A stretch of 63,880 nucleotides of DNA, filler included, from Octopus bimaculoides (taxonomy: Eukaryota): the NCBI RefSeq assembly GCF_001194135.2. It is 8 parts of 7 records of this genome, joined end to end, with 100 filler letters (N's around TTAATTAATTAA, not from the genome) between each part and the next. Parts side by side here need not be neighbours in the genome. Positions count along the whole stretch, not along the records: positions 1 to 27,250 come from NC_068981.1; 7 more parts are not named here. One strand, 5' to 3'. The notes under the pieces were generated by a model. That model worked only from the letters and a program-made list of their open reading frames with translations, was not told the DNA's origin and made no database searches. Both the position numbers and the translations under genes were made by a program. Of the stretch, positions 13,260 to 26,194 are shown one piece after another; within the stretch, counting starts at the first letter, position 1; every line of letters begins with the position of its first letter.

Positions 13260-15107
13260 GTGTATCAGTGTCCCTGTACATGGCTTGCACAGCTCTCACT
13301 AACCATTCATCTATCCCTAGTTTCCTCATTGACCACCAGATAAGGAATCGGGGGACCCTGTCAAAGGCTTTCTCCATGTCAACTTAAGCCAGGTACAGAG
13401 GTTTATCTCTGACTAGGTATTTCTCCTGCAGCTGTCTTACCAGAAATGTAGCATCAGTGGTGTTTTCCCTGGCACGAGCCCAAACTGCATCTTGTCTAAA
13501 CAAACTCTCTTTCTAATTAGTTGGGCTATGACCCTCTCCATGACTTTCATTACCTGATCCAACAACTTGATACCGCTGTAATTATTTGTATCTAAAGCGT
13601 CATCTGGTGTAGCAGTTGACTATGGTGCTGCTACACCAGTCATTGGGTATGACTACTTCGTGTATCACCTGGTTAACTATACAGGTGACTAGGCTATAGC
13701 CGACAATGCCAGATATTTTAAGCATCTCTGCAGTGATTCCTGATGGGCCGGAGGATTTCCCTGTCTTCATACTCTTAATTGCTTTATCTACCAAGGTACT
13801 GTCAACTCGGATAGCTGATGCCTCTGTTGGGTCGACATTCGGCAGACTCTCTCCCATTCATTTTCTTTATTGAGCAACCTTTCATAGTGACGTCTCCAAA
13901 CCTCTTTCATTGCAGCCTCATTTAGTGCAAGTGAACCATCATCCATGTGGACACATTTCTCTCCTACGACATCATGATTCTCTCTCACACACTGTCTTGC
14001 AAAACGAAATACCTCAAGTCTTTGGTCCTCACGGCACAGAACATTGGCAAATTTTTTCTTATCTGCTTTCCCTCTGGCTAAATAAACCTCTCTCCTAACT
14101 TCCCTTCTGGTAGTCTGATACAATTCCCTGCTACCACCGTTCTTCCAGTCCTTCCAAGCCTGTTTCTTTTGTCTAATAGCCCTGTCAACGACATTGCTCC
14201 ACCACCACGTTATTTTGGGTCGAGAGGGGAGTTTGCACCATCCACAGATCTTGTCAGTGGCCCTCAGCAGGTTGTCCCATAGAAACCTCCAGTTGTCTTC
14301 TACATCGTGTGAAGCTATATCGTCGTCTATTTCGTCGAAGGCTTCGAGTAATATGTCTCTAAATCTCTGTCCATTCACAGGATCTTTAAACTTCCAGACC
14401 CTTCTCCTCCATGCTGGTCGTCTTCTGGGCAACCACTTAGCTCTGATCCTGAAGTCACTAACTGCTAGTCTATGTTGTGGGGTACATTCTTCACCTGGGA
14501 AGGTTTTGGCATTTATAAGCAGCCATCTTTCCCTTTTTCTGGCGAGGATGTAGTCAATTTGGCTAGTGTGTCTGCCAGAATGTTAGGTGACAAGGTGACT
14601 GGCATGTTTCCAGAAGTTGGTATTGCAAACCATAAGGTCATTTGCATCAGAGAACTCCAGCAGCCTGGTTGACTCCTCATTGCGGGAACCAAAACGATAG
14701 CCTCCATGTACGCCACAGAAGCCTCCTGTATGTTGTCCAACATATCCATTGAAGTCACCAGCCACAAAGAGAAGGTCCCTGTTATTCATCAACGAGGTAG
14801 TCTGCAAGAGGATCTCATAAAATCGGTCTTTCTGTCCATCAGGTAGCCCCGTCTGAGGGGCATAGGCCGAGATAATGGTTGCTAATCCATGATGAAGCAC
14901 TAATCTAATCTTAAGTATTCTGTCACATACTCTGACTACCTCGATTACCTTATCCATCCATTTCTCTGCAAGAAGTATACCCATGCCAGTGACCCTGTCT
15001 GTGTTCCCTGTCCAGAAAATCTTGTTCCTGTGTTCTTTGCCTGTGAGGAACCTAGCGGAACCTCCTCTCCACCTTACTTCTTGGAGGCAGCACACATCAA
15101 CACATCT
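13260..15107 (-). mobile_element. RTE-clade LINE (APE endonuclease plus N-terminal RT), frameshifted and 3'-truncated
   Basis: ORFs CCLQEVRW, ISAYAPQ, AGDFNG, WRRHYERLLN, SGPSGITAEMLK and MEKAFDRVPR. Confidence 0.93.
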
Positions 15108-16329
15108 CGTGCATTTCTGTTTACATATAATTATAGCAGTAGAACACTGCAGTTAGATGATAGAGGGCTCGGTGCTAGAGAGATGATAGGGATGACTTGA
15201 AGAGGAAACTGGATGAGTGATCCAGTTGTGCAAATACACACACACACACATATATATTGTGCTTCCAGAATTTCAGTTTCAGAGATGGCCAGGTCTTCTT
15301 GGAAACTGCATAACACTAGTCATCTTGGTCCTTTATCATTTACATGAAACTCAAGGTCCTGAGACCAGCATGTTCCTGGATCTCCCTCTTCATCATTAAG
15401 TGAGTGGCACTTCTTTATACAGCTGTCCTCATCCATGTCTCATATGTCCAAACCAACAGTCTTCTTTCTTGTACACTACATCTGATATATACACACAAGT
15501 ATCCAGCATGCAATGGAAACTGCTTATAGCTTAGCACAAATGAAAAGTATAATGCATGACCACCAATATCAAGATATAACCCATAATTTTGCCCATATGG
15601 AAACTTGGGTAAACATTAACAATTTTGAAAACTAAAATCACAAACTGTATATTCATATAAAAAAATTATGTTGTTTAGAAATGATATATAGTTGGTGTAA
15701 TACTTTAATATGCCCAGCTGCTTCTCTTATCACTTTTCTAACTCCATTTTCCGTTTTTGTTGCTTATAGCCCACCAAGCCAATACTTTAAATTCATTTAT
15801 TTTTACTGATAACCTTTTTATTTTCATTGCTGTCTTCAATTTTATCAACACCTACTCATTCATCTTTCCTCTGTTTTTTTTTTCACTGATCTCAACATTC
15901 TTATGATTAACTACTTGCTCCCTCCTCTACCCAATCTTGTTTGTGTGAAACAATTCAACTGATCTTGGTTTTCATTATTTTCAACATTTTTATCCTGAAT
16001 CTTTAATCATACTATAATTTTTTCCACATCATACAACTCCTATATTTTGAAATCACAATTCTACTATCTTCAATTTCTCATTTCCTTTCCTGCAACAAAA
16101 TAAGAGAAATGCCTTTTTTTTTTTTGCTGACATAAAACATCAGTTTTACTTGGATTCTACTGCTTCATTATTTGGTGCTCTTAGATTTAACTACAAACAT
16201 ATACAGCATATTTCATTACCTTTATTCAAGATGATTGGGTGAAAGGGAAAAGAGTATCAAGTAGAAATGATGGCAATGGTGCAAAATGGAGTCAGAAAGG
16301 GATTATCGGAGGTTCAACTTGGTGTTTTA

Positions 16330-16760
16330 CAATGGTTAGAAGCAGGTGAAAACTCATCTGTATTGCATGGTCATTCAAGTAAAATGTAAAAATTTGGTAT
16401 AGTGATTTGCAGATAGAGAAAGCTACAACTGTAAAGCATCTTCTGGTTAGCAGAGGCTGCTTTGGAAGGTTCACGAGACATCTAGTTTTCACAACACATG
16501 ACCAACGAAACTGCAGAGGCTGCAACTAATAATCTTGATGGGTTGAAGAAAGTGATTGTTTTAAGTTGGAAGTGTACAACATTTTTGGGAAGTGCATGCT
16601 TCTAAGATGTTTATTTTAGTTTTAAAGATTCCAAAAATTGTCTGACACTTATTGTGGTAGTAGATTCTCCTGGTGATATGAAATTGAAACCTATACTTGT
16701 ACATTATTGAAAATCTAAGGACCTTTCATTGTCTACGCTAAAATTAATTAATATACTTGT
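16330..16760 (+). pseudogene. Tigger/pogo transposase remnant
   Basis: Residual SRGCFGRF and FKDSKNCLTLIVVVDSPGDMKLKPILVHY, matching the Tigger motif FKAAKDRLTLLLGGNAAGDFKLKPLLVY. Confidence 0.65.
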
Positions 16761-16887
16761 GCTTTAATTTTCAAATAAAGTTTAGATGACTACAAGCACT
16801 TTTTTTGCCCTACAGTAGAAAAACAGAATTCCAAATGAAATATTTCAAACAATTATACTAAGCAAATCAATGAACTTAAATGGTCTT

Positions 16888-17187
16888 GGTCCAGATGGAC
16901 TATATGTAATCTGAACCTTTCCCCACTTATTATTATTATTTTTTTTACGGAATCCCACGTTTTAGGCTCCCCCCCCCCGTTTTTATATAGATCCACAGGG
17001 TAAACCTAACCCTAACTCAAACCCTAACCCTGACCGTAACCCTGACCCTAAACCTAACCCTAACACTAGTTTTGTGAGATTTGGCTGTTATTTCTAGCAT
17101 GTAAATAGCCTGCTTCGTGGGTAATTGAAATTTTTCAAACAAATTAAGAGGGGGAAAGGTTCAGATTACATATAGTCCGTCTCTACC
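16888..17187. mobile_element. 300-bp MITE with ~43-bp TIRs and 8-bp TSD (Merlin-like)
   Basis: TIR core GGACTATATGTAATCTGAACCTTTCCCC is perfectly inverted at both ends. Termini GGT...ACC. ATGGTCTT duplicated at 16880-87 and 17188-95. Confidence 0.85.
17001..17064 (+). repeat. Degenerate (CCCTAA)n telomere-like array inside the MITE
   Basis: taaacctaaccctaactcaaaccctaaccctgaccgtaaccctgaccctaaacctaaccctaac. Confidence 0.85.
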
Positions 17188-18062
17188 ATGGTCTTTTTTA
17201 TAATGTGAGAGCAGCCAGTAGATCAAGTTGTGCTAACGAAATTTAAGACATCGAAGTTCAGTTTCCACAACGAGCTACACCGAGAAGGAGGTGGGGCTGT
17301 AAGCATCACAAAACTCTTGAAGTAGATCCTGATAAGGCTTAAGACAATGTCAAGTTTCCACCCAAGGAGCCCTCATTGCACCATCTCGTATTACGTTGGT
17401 GTCGATGGCTTTCCTCAGATGAAGCCAGTGAGATTGTCCAGGAGTGGATGATAAGAGGTCTGATAGACTCACTCTTTGCCACTGAGCTATACACAGATAC
17501 CCCGTCTGGGTCATCACCGTTTGCGGTGGTTCGTGGAAGTGAAAGCAACTGCATTAGTAGATGAACGAAATAAAATATTGAGGTACCATAATTTCGATAT
17601 TTGTCGGTAAATTATATTTTTTAACATGTGGTTTTTGAGATATCGTTGGGAGTGGAGGGGAAGCATGCTGCATGGCTGTAAAGAAAACTTTTGACTTCGT
17701 AAACATACGGTTTCACTAAAGTATAAGATGACGAATTGATGTGGAGAGCACCGGGCTGTGCTAACTCATCTACTTCCCAATTAACTACAATAAATCCGTT
17801 TTGAGGTGTCTCAAAATGTTTATAGGGGACACTAGATTCGTTTGGGGTACAAGACTGTTAAACTTGGGTTTAGGATTTTTGAATTTTATAAAAACATGTA
17901 TTCTACCGATTAATTTTGACATTTCGGAGAATCAACGTGTTTCCCATAGATAAATACGTAGACACACACACACATATTATATATATATGTATATATATAT
18001 ATATATAAACTCACATTTCTTGCTAAGTAAACAATTATAAAAAATCGAGGATTTAATAGCAA

Positions 18063-18258
18063 AATCGGTTTCAAATTTTGGTACAAGGCCAGAGGGCTAA
18101 GTCGATTACATCGCCTCCAGTGCTCATGTGGTACTTGTTTTATCGATCCCGAAAGGATGAAAGGCAAAGGTGACCTCGGCGGAAGATGAACTCAGAACGG
18201 AAAGACGGACGATATGCCGCTAAGCATTTTGTCCGACGGTTCAGCAGCTCGCCGTCTT
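18063..18258 (-). mobile_element. SINE family A
   Basis: Reverse complement of the 3676-3901 type sequence. Confidence 0.8.
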
Positions 18259-19975
18259 AATTAGAAGAATGTATTAGAATTAAAATAATTATATTTGATG
18301 TGGATCAAATAGTTTTCAGAACAAAAGTCTTTTTTTTTTTTAATAGTAAAGAAACAATATAAAATCCAAATATTGCCGTTCCTGGAATTATGTCATGCTT
18401 GTTTTAAGCAGTTATGTCTTAAAAGATTTTTACTTAACTTACCGCACTGATCCCGCCATCTTTCATATATATACAACCTCGTTTTGAAATCTATTTTAAG
18501 TAAAGCTACATTCCTACAGTAATGTTGGCATTGGTTATTATATGAACGTACCACAGTCTCGTAAAAATGTTGTTTTTATATTTTCCAGATGGCTAAAAGT
18601 ATATCACTTGTAATGTATGTTTATTTTAAAAATAAAATATGAATTTTTCTACAAAAAGTAATATTTATTTTTCTTTTCAAAGTAAATTTACATTAAATGC
18701 GAATTCTCTACGTATAATGTGACTGACTCCATCAATTGCTGACAGTGACAGCGCTGACACCGCACTCGACGCTGTTAAGCAGAAATACAGAAATCATGTG
18801 GAAAGTGTTTTGTGTAATCGCGATTTAGAAAATCAGCACGCAGTCGTAGCTACTTTTGACGAAGGAACACAGTACTGCACATTAAGCGAAAAGTGCGATA
18901 CATATTGAAAACAAATGACAGTATGCATGTAGGAATATATCAATTGCGATAATACCGATTTTATTTAAGCCCTTGGATTCGATATATTTAGAATTTTAGA
19001 AAGTAATTGAATTATTGAAGAATATAATTTTTGAAAAAATTGTGGTATTATAAAAAATAAGTTGATAAACAGTTGTTTTCTTACGGTTTTTAATCAACAT
19101 AACAAAACATCACACACGCACACACATAATCTTCATTTATCATTTGTAAAAGAAAAAAGAAAAAATTACAGATGTGGTCATTATTGAAAATGTGTTTTCA
19201 ATCGTGAAAACTAATAATATTCTATATTCTTGATGGATTAACCTGATCGTGGTTTCTTTACTGGAACTTACTCGTGTTATTCAATGCCTTTGGAATTAAT
19301 TCATCCGATTGATAATCATTTCTAAATAAATAGAACGTTAACAATTGTTACAGTTAAAATTGCATGTCTATCGTTCACTGCATTCCATCCATCGGGAAAA
19401 TATTTTAACATATCTCCAAAGTATATACTTATCAATTTTCGATTATAATTTATTGTGAAAGCCGAAGTTAAAAAATGGCAAATATTACAAGTTCGATTGT
19501 CTGTTATTAAAACTGCTTTGTCAACTATAAAATTTATGCGGCTGTGAAAAGATTGAGGAAAAACTCGCATTTAAGAGAACAAGAGGAAAACGTATCAAAC
19601 TGCGGTTAGTAATTAGCATTTTAATTGTGTCGACCGCGTTTTGTTGCCTTTATTTATTTTTTTTATATGAGACAAGCGACGAAGGAGAGCAAATCCACTA
19701 ATAATTGGATAGGCGAAGGAGTTTTATGTATGGAACCGTTGAATACAGTTATTAGACTTACCTACTAATAAGATTGCAACTACTATTACTAACTACACAG
19801 CTGTTAAGATAACGATTCAAATTAAATCGACATCGTCTCCTACTTTACAGTCATCATTGACAGCCGAACAACAAGAGTTGACCAACTTGCCCAACAGCCG
19901 CAGCTAAATCGAATAGCACGGCTACAGCACCTGCATTTTGATGAGAAGATTTTTAATAATGTGGATTTTGTTGTA

Positions 19976-20111
19976 ATGCTACTTAGGCTGTTCAGGGGTA
20001 TGCAAGGCAGGCAGGTGGTGATTTTTGTATTCCTCGGTTTGGTCGCAGCATTAGGATACTTACATTTAATATCGGAAATCTCTAGACTGGATACAGCTCG
20101 GAGTAGATTAG
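19976..20111 (+). CDS. Probable first coding exon of a type II (signal-anchor) membrane protein
   Basis: ATG at 19976, reading MLLRLFRGMQGRQVVIFVFLGLVAALGYLHLISEISRLDTARSRL. Basic N-terminus followed by a hydrophobic helix. Strong donor G|GTAAGT at 20112 (phase 1). Lies in a locally CpG-richer, repeat-poor region. Confidence 0.6.
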
Positions 20112-21137
20112 GTAAGTGGTGTTGTACACCCCCTTTTGCCTTCATTCATCTTATTTCCTCTTTGCCTTTGTAGCAAAGGCAATATGAACTGTTGTTTTTA
20201 TAAATGCTTATTCCGTTTGTACCTGTATATTACCCCAAATTGTTCTTTTCTTTTTTCTCTATATATCTATTATCATTTGTCAGGCGAAAATTCTCGAGCT
20301 TACTTTATTTAAAAAGCTAGCCTTTGATTGTTTAGTTGCCGAAAAGATCTAGTCAAGTAACATATATATCTTAACTGTTTTAGTACTGTTTCACTATTAA
20401 TATTCAACTTCATTAGATTTTAAATTAGAGTTCAGATTTGGACTGGAAACTATCATATATACGATATAATTGCGTGGTAGAAGTAACTTATTCGGAAACG
20501 ATAGGTTTCTTTGATCACACACTTTGTGACCATGATCACTATACAAACGGGGTTCTTTTTCCTTTACCAAGTTTTTTACTGCTGGGGTGGGATGATTTTT
20601 GAACAGGCATTTCTTGACTACGTTAATTTGCAGACTCACCAGAATAGTTTTATTTTATGTGACTAACTACAGTAATTCAAAATATGTATATTTCAAATAT
20701 GAACATCAGACACAGGTATTAAATTTCCTATTAGCTGGAATAACAAATGAAAGGAGGTTAGTTCTAGGAAACATCTGATACTCCATATAATAAAATATTC
20801 CACAAAAGATTTTGTCAGTAAAGGGAGACCTTAACGACGATCAGTTTTAATTCATGTTAAAATCCTCCTACTTTTCTGTTTATACACACACACATACAGA
20901 TATATTGGGGGTGTCTGTATACAAAGACCAGTTTATAAATATGTCCGTACATGTGTGTATATATTTACAAATATGTATGTCTATATAAATATGTACATAT
21001 ATATTTTTTTATACTACATGTATGTTACGCATATATANNNNNNNNNNNNNNNNNNNNNNNNNNNNNNNNNNNNNNNNNNNNNNNNNNNNNNNNNNNNNNN
21101 NNNNNNNNNNNNNNNNNNNNNNNNNNNNNNNNNNNNN

Positions 21138-21458
21138 GGCACCTTGGGCATGTGTATTCTACTACAGCCTCGGGCTGACCAAAGCCTTGTGAGCGGATTT
21201 GGTAGACTGATACTGAAAGAAGCCCGTCGTATATATGCATTTATGTATGTGTGTGTATGTGTTTGTGTCCGTGTCCTCCCCAACATCGTTTGACAACTGA
21301 TGCTGGTGTGTTTACGTCCCCGTAACTAAGCGGTTCGGCAAAAGAGGCCAATAGAATAAGTACTAGGTTTCCAAAGAATAAATCCTGGGGTCGATTTGCT
21401 CGACCAAAGGCGGTGCCTCAGCATGGCCGCAGTCAAATGACTGAAACAAGTAAAAGAG
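21138..21458 (+). mobile_element. SINE family B (head GGAGTGGCTGTGTGGTAAG, tail GACTGAAACAAGTAAAAGA)
   Basis: The 5' end of this copy is lost in the gap. Related copies at 31283-31590(+), 37055-37510(-), 38205-38410(-), 39980-40140(-), 43205-43380(-), 52480-52700(-), 58340-58700(-) and 62480-62695(-). Confidence 0.85.
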
Positions 21459-21470
21459 AGTATGTATATA

Positions 21471-21522
<52 letters not shown>

Positions 21523-21589
21523 TCATTTCATTTTTTTTTTCATTTTATCTAGTTGCAGCTCATGAGCTGTGGCAATGCTGGGGCACTGC

Positions 21590-23478
21590 CATTTGGTGTT
21601 GCTACACAATTTTACTTCAGGAATCGACATTTGGTGCATGAGAGAGTTTGATGCCGCTGCCCTCATCTGCACCTCCTGCTGCGAAGTTGGTTCATCTGGG
21701 ACACCTTACAGGAAGAGGTCCAGCCTCATCTTGAAGACACCTACATCCACCCCATGCAGGTCTCTCAGGTCCTTCGGGGTTATATTGAAGAGCTGTGGAC
21801 CTCTGAATCCCAGGCTATTGCAGTATCTTGTCCTACATCTTGATGGCAAATTTGGAGTCCTTGTAACTATGCAATGGCGTCCAGTTCCTTTATTCGTGTA
21901 ACTTTCGATGCCAAAGTTTGGGTCAATTCCTTCGAGGATCTTCCAGATGTATATTATGGCATATCTTTCTTGCCTATGCTCTAAGGAATACAGTCTTAAT
22001 CTCTTGAGTCTTTCCCAATAGCTTATATGCTGCATAGAGGCTATCTTCTTCGTGTAGCTTCCTTCAATTGCCACAAGTTCTGAGATTAATTTGACACTGG
22101 TTGGTGACCATAGCTGAGAGCAATAGTCAAAGTGGCTAAGAACAAGTGTCCTCCAGAGGACCATCATGGTTTCCTGATCTCTTGTTCTAAAAGTCCTAAG
22201 AATCCATCCGGTCAGTCGCCTGCATTTCATTGCCAATTTAGCAATTTAGTTTTGCNNNNNNNNNNNNNNNNNNNNNNNNNNNNNNNNNNNNNNNNNNNNN
22301 NNNNNNNNNNNNNNNNNNNNNNNNNNNNNNNNNNNNNNNNNNNNNNNNNNNNNNNNNNNNNNNNNNNNNNNNNNNNNNNNNNNNNNNNNNNNNNNNNNNN
22401 NNNNNNNNNNNNNNNNNNNNNNNNNNNNNNNNNNNNNNNNNNNNNNNNNNNNNNNNNNNNNNNNNNNNNNNNNNNNNNNNNNNNNNNNNNNNNNNNNNNN
22501 NNNNNNNNNNNNNNNNNNNNNNNNNNNNNNNNNNNNNNNNNNNNNNNNNNNNNNNNNNNNNNNNNNNNNNNNNNNNNNNNNNNNNNNNNNNNNNNNNNNN
22601 NNNNNNNNNNNNNNNNNNATCAAAGGCCTTTGCAAAGTCGAGATATATCACTTCCACATTTGAGTGGTTCAGTAGCTGTTTCAGCACCCAGTCATAGTGT
22701 TGTAAGAGCTGAGTCAGGCAGCTTTTTCCTGGTCGGAAACCATGTTGGGTGTCAGGCAGCAAGTCATTTTCTTCAAGGAAGGCGATTAGTTTTCTTCTGA
22801 CTATTCGTTCCATGACCTTGCTGATGTGTGAGGTCAGAGAGATAGGTCTGTAGTTCTTGGCCTCCGCTCTGCTACTTTATGAATAGGGCATATTTTACCC
22901 TCCTTCAGTTTTCTTGGGAGTTTGCCAGATGCAAGGAAGCACTAAAAGAGGGACTGCAGCTGTCTTGCTAGGACTTGTTTACATACTTTTAGAGGGATTG
23001 CTGGGAATCCATCAGGGCCAGTAGCTGAGTTTGGGTTCATTTCACCTATAGCCCTTATTACATCGTCTTACTTTATATTGATATAATCGGTCATCATTAC
23101 CTCTGTTTTTATATCTGCAGTGGTAAAAAAGTCAGTTGGATTGCTGACTTGAAAGTGCCCTAGGGGTGGAGTGAAAACACTTTTGAATTGCTCATTTAGT
23201 ATTTCACTTATCCTCCTTGGGTTTCCTGTGAGTGTACCATCTTTTTCAAGGAGTGGCACTATCCTGCATTGCACTGAAGTTGTTTCTTTGGCAAATTTGT
23301 AGAAAACTCTGGGGTTAGATTTTATATTGTCTATAGCCCAGGCTTCTTTGTCTGCTCTTTCTTTTTCGTGGGAGAGTTGCAGATTTTTTTAAATCTCCAG
23401 CAGTTGTATTTTCCTGAGGGACTATTCACTGCTTTCAATTTGTTTGTTTAGGCGATTTGTAACTTTTGTACGCAGTCT
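21590..23478 (-). mobile_element. CR1/L2-group LINE, 3' portion of ORF2 (RT and C-terminus)
   Basis: QHGFRPGKSCLTQLL, YLDFAKAFD, LVLSHFDYCSQLWSP and YSLEHRQERYAIIYIWKILEG. Interrupted by an N gap. Confidence 0.9.
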
Positions 23479-23539
23479 CATAAGTATATATGTATACATA
23501 TAAGTGTATATGTATACATATATATATATATATATATGT

Positions 23540-24870
23540 ATAGTTTCCTCATTGACCACCAGATAAGGGAATGTGGGACCCTGTCAAAGGCTTTCTCCAT
23601 GTCAACTAAAGCCAGGTACAGAAGTTTATTTTTGGCTAGGTATTTCCCCTGGAGCTCTCTTACCACAAATATAGCATCAATGGTGCTTTTCCCTGGCATG
23701 AACCCAAACTGCATCTCATCTAAACTGATTCTCTCCCTAATTTGTTGGGCTATGACCCTCTCCGTGACCTTCATTACCTGATCCAACAACTTGATGCCTC
23801 TGTAATTATTTGTATCTAAAGCGTCACCTTTACCTTTGTAGCAGTTGATGATGGTGCTCCTACACCAGTCATGGGGAATGACTCCTTCGTATATCACCTG
23901 GTTAACAATATGGGTGACTTAGGCTATAGCTGACACTGCCAGATATTTTGAGCATCTCTGCAGTGATTCCTGATGGGCCGGGGGCTTTCCTGTCTTCATA
24001 CTCTTAATTGCTTTATCTACCATGGTACTGTCAACTCGGATAGCTGGTCTCTCTGTTAGGTCAACAGTCAACAAACTTTCATTCTCCCATTCATTCTCTT
24101 TATTGAGCAACCTTTCATAGTGGCGTCTCCAAACCTCTCTCTTTGCAGCCACGTTTAGTGCAAGTGAACCATCATCCATGCGGACACATTTCTCTCCTAC
24201 GCCATCATGATTCTCTCTCACACACTGTCTTGCAACACGAAATACCTCAAGTCTTTGGTCCTCACGGTGCAGAGCGTTGGCAGATTTTTTCTTATCTGCT
24301 TCCCCTTTGGCTAAATAAACCTGCCTCCTAGTTTCCCTTCTGGCAGTCTGATACAATTCCCTGCTACCACCCTTCTTCCAGTCCATGCAAGCCTATTTCT
24401 TTTGTCTAATAGTCATATCAACTACATTGTTCCACCACTATGTTATTTTGGGTCAAGAGGGGACTTTGTACCATCCACAAATCTGGTCAGTGGCCCTCAG
24501 CAGGTTGTCCCGTAGAAACATCCAGTTGTCTTCTACATTGTGTGAAGCTACATCCCCCTCTATTTCGTCAAAGGCTTCGAGTAATATGTCTCTAAATCTC
24601 TGTGCATTCACAGGATCTTTTAGCTTCCAGACCCTTCTCCTCCATGCTGGTCGTCTTCTGGGCAACCACTTAGCCTTGTTCCTGAAGTCACTAACTACTA
24701 GTCTGTCGTGGGGTACATTCTTCACCTGGGAAGGTTTTGGCATTTATAAGCAGCCATCTTTCCCTTTTTCTGGCGAGGATGTAGTCAATTTGGTTTGTGT
24801 GTCTGCCAGAATGTTAGGTGACTAGGTGACTGGCAGGTTTCCTGAAGTTAGTATTGCAAGCCATAAGGTC
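23540..24870 (-). mobile_element. RTE-clade LINE fragment, same subfamily as 13260-15107
   Basis: Near-collinear with 13318-14640. Motifs NYRGIKLLDQVMK, MQFGFMPGKST and DMEKAFDRVP. Confidence 0.93.
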
Positions 24871-25456
24871 ATTTTGCGGAGGGTCAAAATTGGTAACACA
24901 AACAGGACAGTGAAAACAAACAGGAAGGTTGCTAAGCTTAAATGAGGTTGTGGTGGCGAATGCATAAATCAAGCTTGGACAGGAGACAGACAATAACATG
25001 TCTTCCTTGATCCAGCTACAATGGAGAGGAAGAAAGAAACACAAGTTAGGAAAAGAAAGATGGCCGATGGTCATATGGGAGCCATGTGCGCAAGGGAGGA
25101 AGAGTGATGGAGGAGAGTGACAGACAGATAACTGTGAAGGGGAGAGGGAAAAATTGGAGATAGGATAAGTGAGAAAAAAACAGGACGGGGAGAAGAGGAG
25201 GTAAAAGAATAAGAGAGAGAAAGAGAGAAAAATGAAAGAGTAAAAAGAGAGTAGAATGCGCATCAGAATTATTAAGATAAAACTTGGTCGTTCTTTGTGT
25301 TGTGTGTGTTGTTTTCCATTTGTGTTTTGCATTGTTCAAAAAAATAGTTCATATTCCAGGTACTCATACTTTGTATTTTTTGTTGTACATGTTTCGTGAC
25401 ATCCTGAGCCCACATATGCATATAAATACATATGTATAGATGTATGTACATATACG

Positions 25457-25533
<77 letters not shown>

Positions 25534-25588
25534 GAGAAACTTACTTGGAAATGAATGTGTGGCATTCAGTCATATAATAATATAACTA

Positions 25589-25623
<35 letters not shown>

Positions 25624-26194
25624 AATATATATATATGCATATATACATAGATATATGTACATACTTACATACATATGCATATATGGGTAGAGGCTGTCAT
25701 AAAATGTAAACGACATTGATTACAAACATTTTTTGCAGACAATGTATATATATACATGTATGCATATAGATCTATATCTATATATATATATCTATACATA
25801 TATGTGTTCATATACATCTATATGTATACATGTATACATATACATCTCTCTCTCTCTCTCTCTGTATATATATATATATTTATATATATATATATATATA
25901 CATCTATATATATATATATATACATGTATATGTATACATTTGTGCAGATATATATATATGCATGTATGTATGTATATATGTATATATGCCTGTATATATG
26001 TGACATTATAGTTTCACTGTAGTAGATCCAGTATGAAAATGAAACCATTAAAGTGAAAGTATCTGTCATTACAGTATTGAAATGTGATTGTTTCAGTTAG
26101 TGGAATAGTTTCATTTTTTAAGGTGTAAGTATTTGACATGAGTGTTTTTATTTCACTTTTGACATGTAATACTTAAATAGTGGAGGAGATATGA

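Noticed and set aside
19840-20145. 101-aa minus-strand ORF
   Set aside because: Antisense shadow of the better supported + strand exon, which has a TM helix and a consensus donor.
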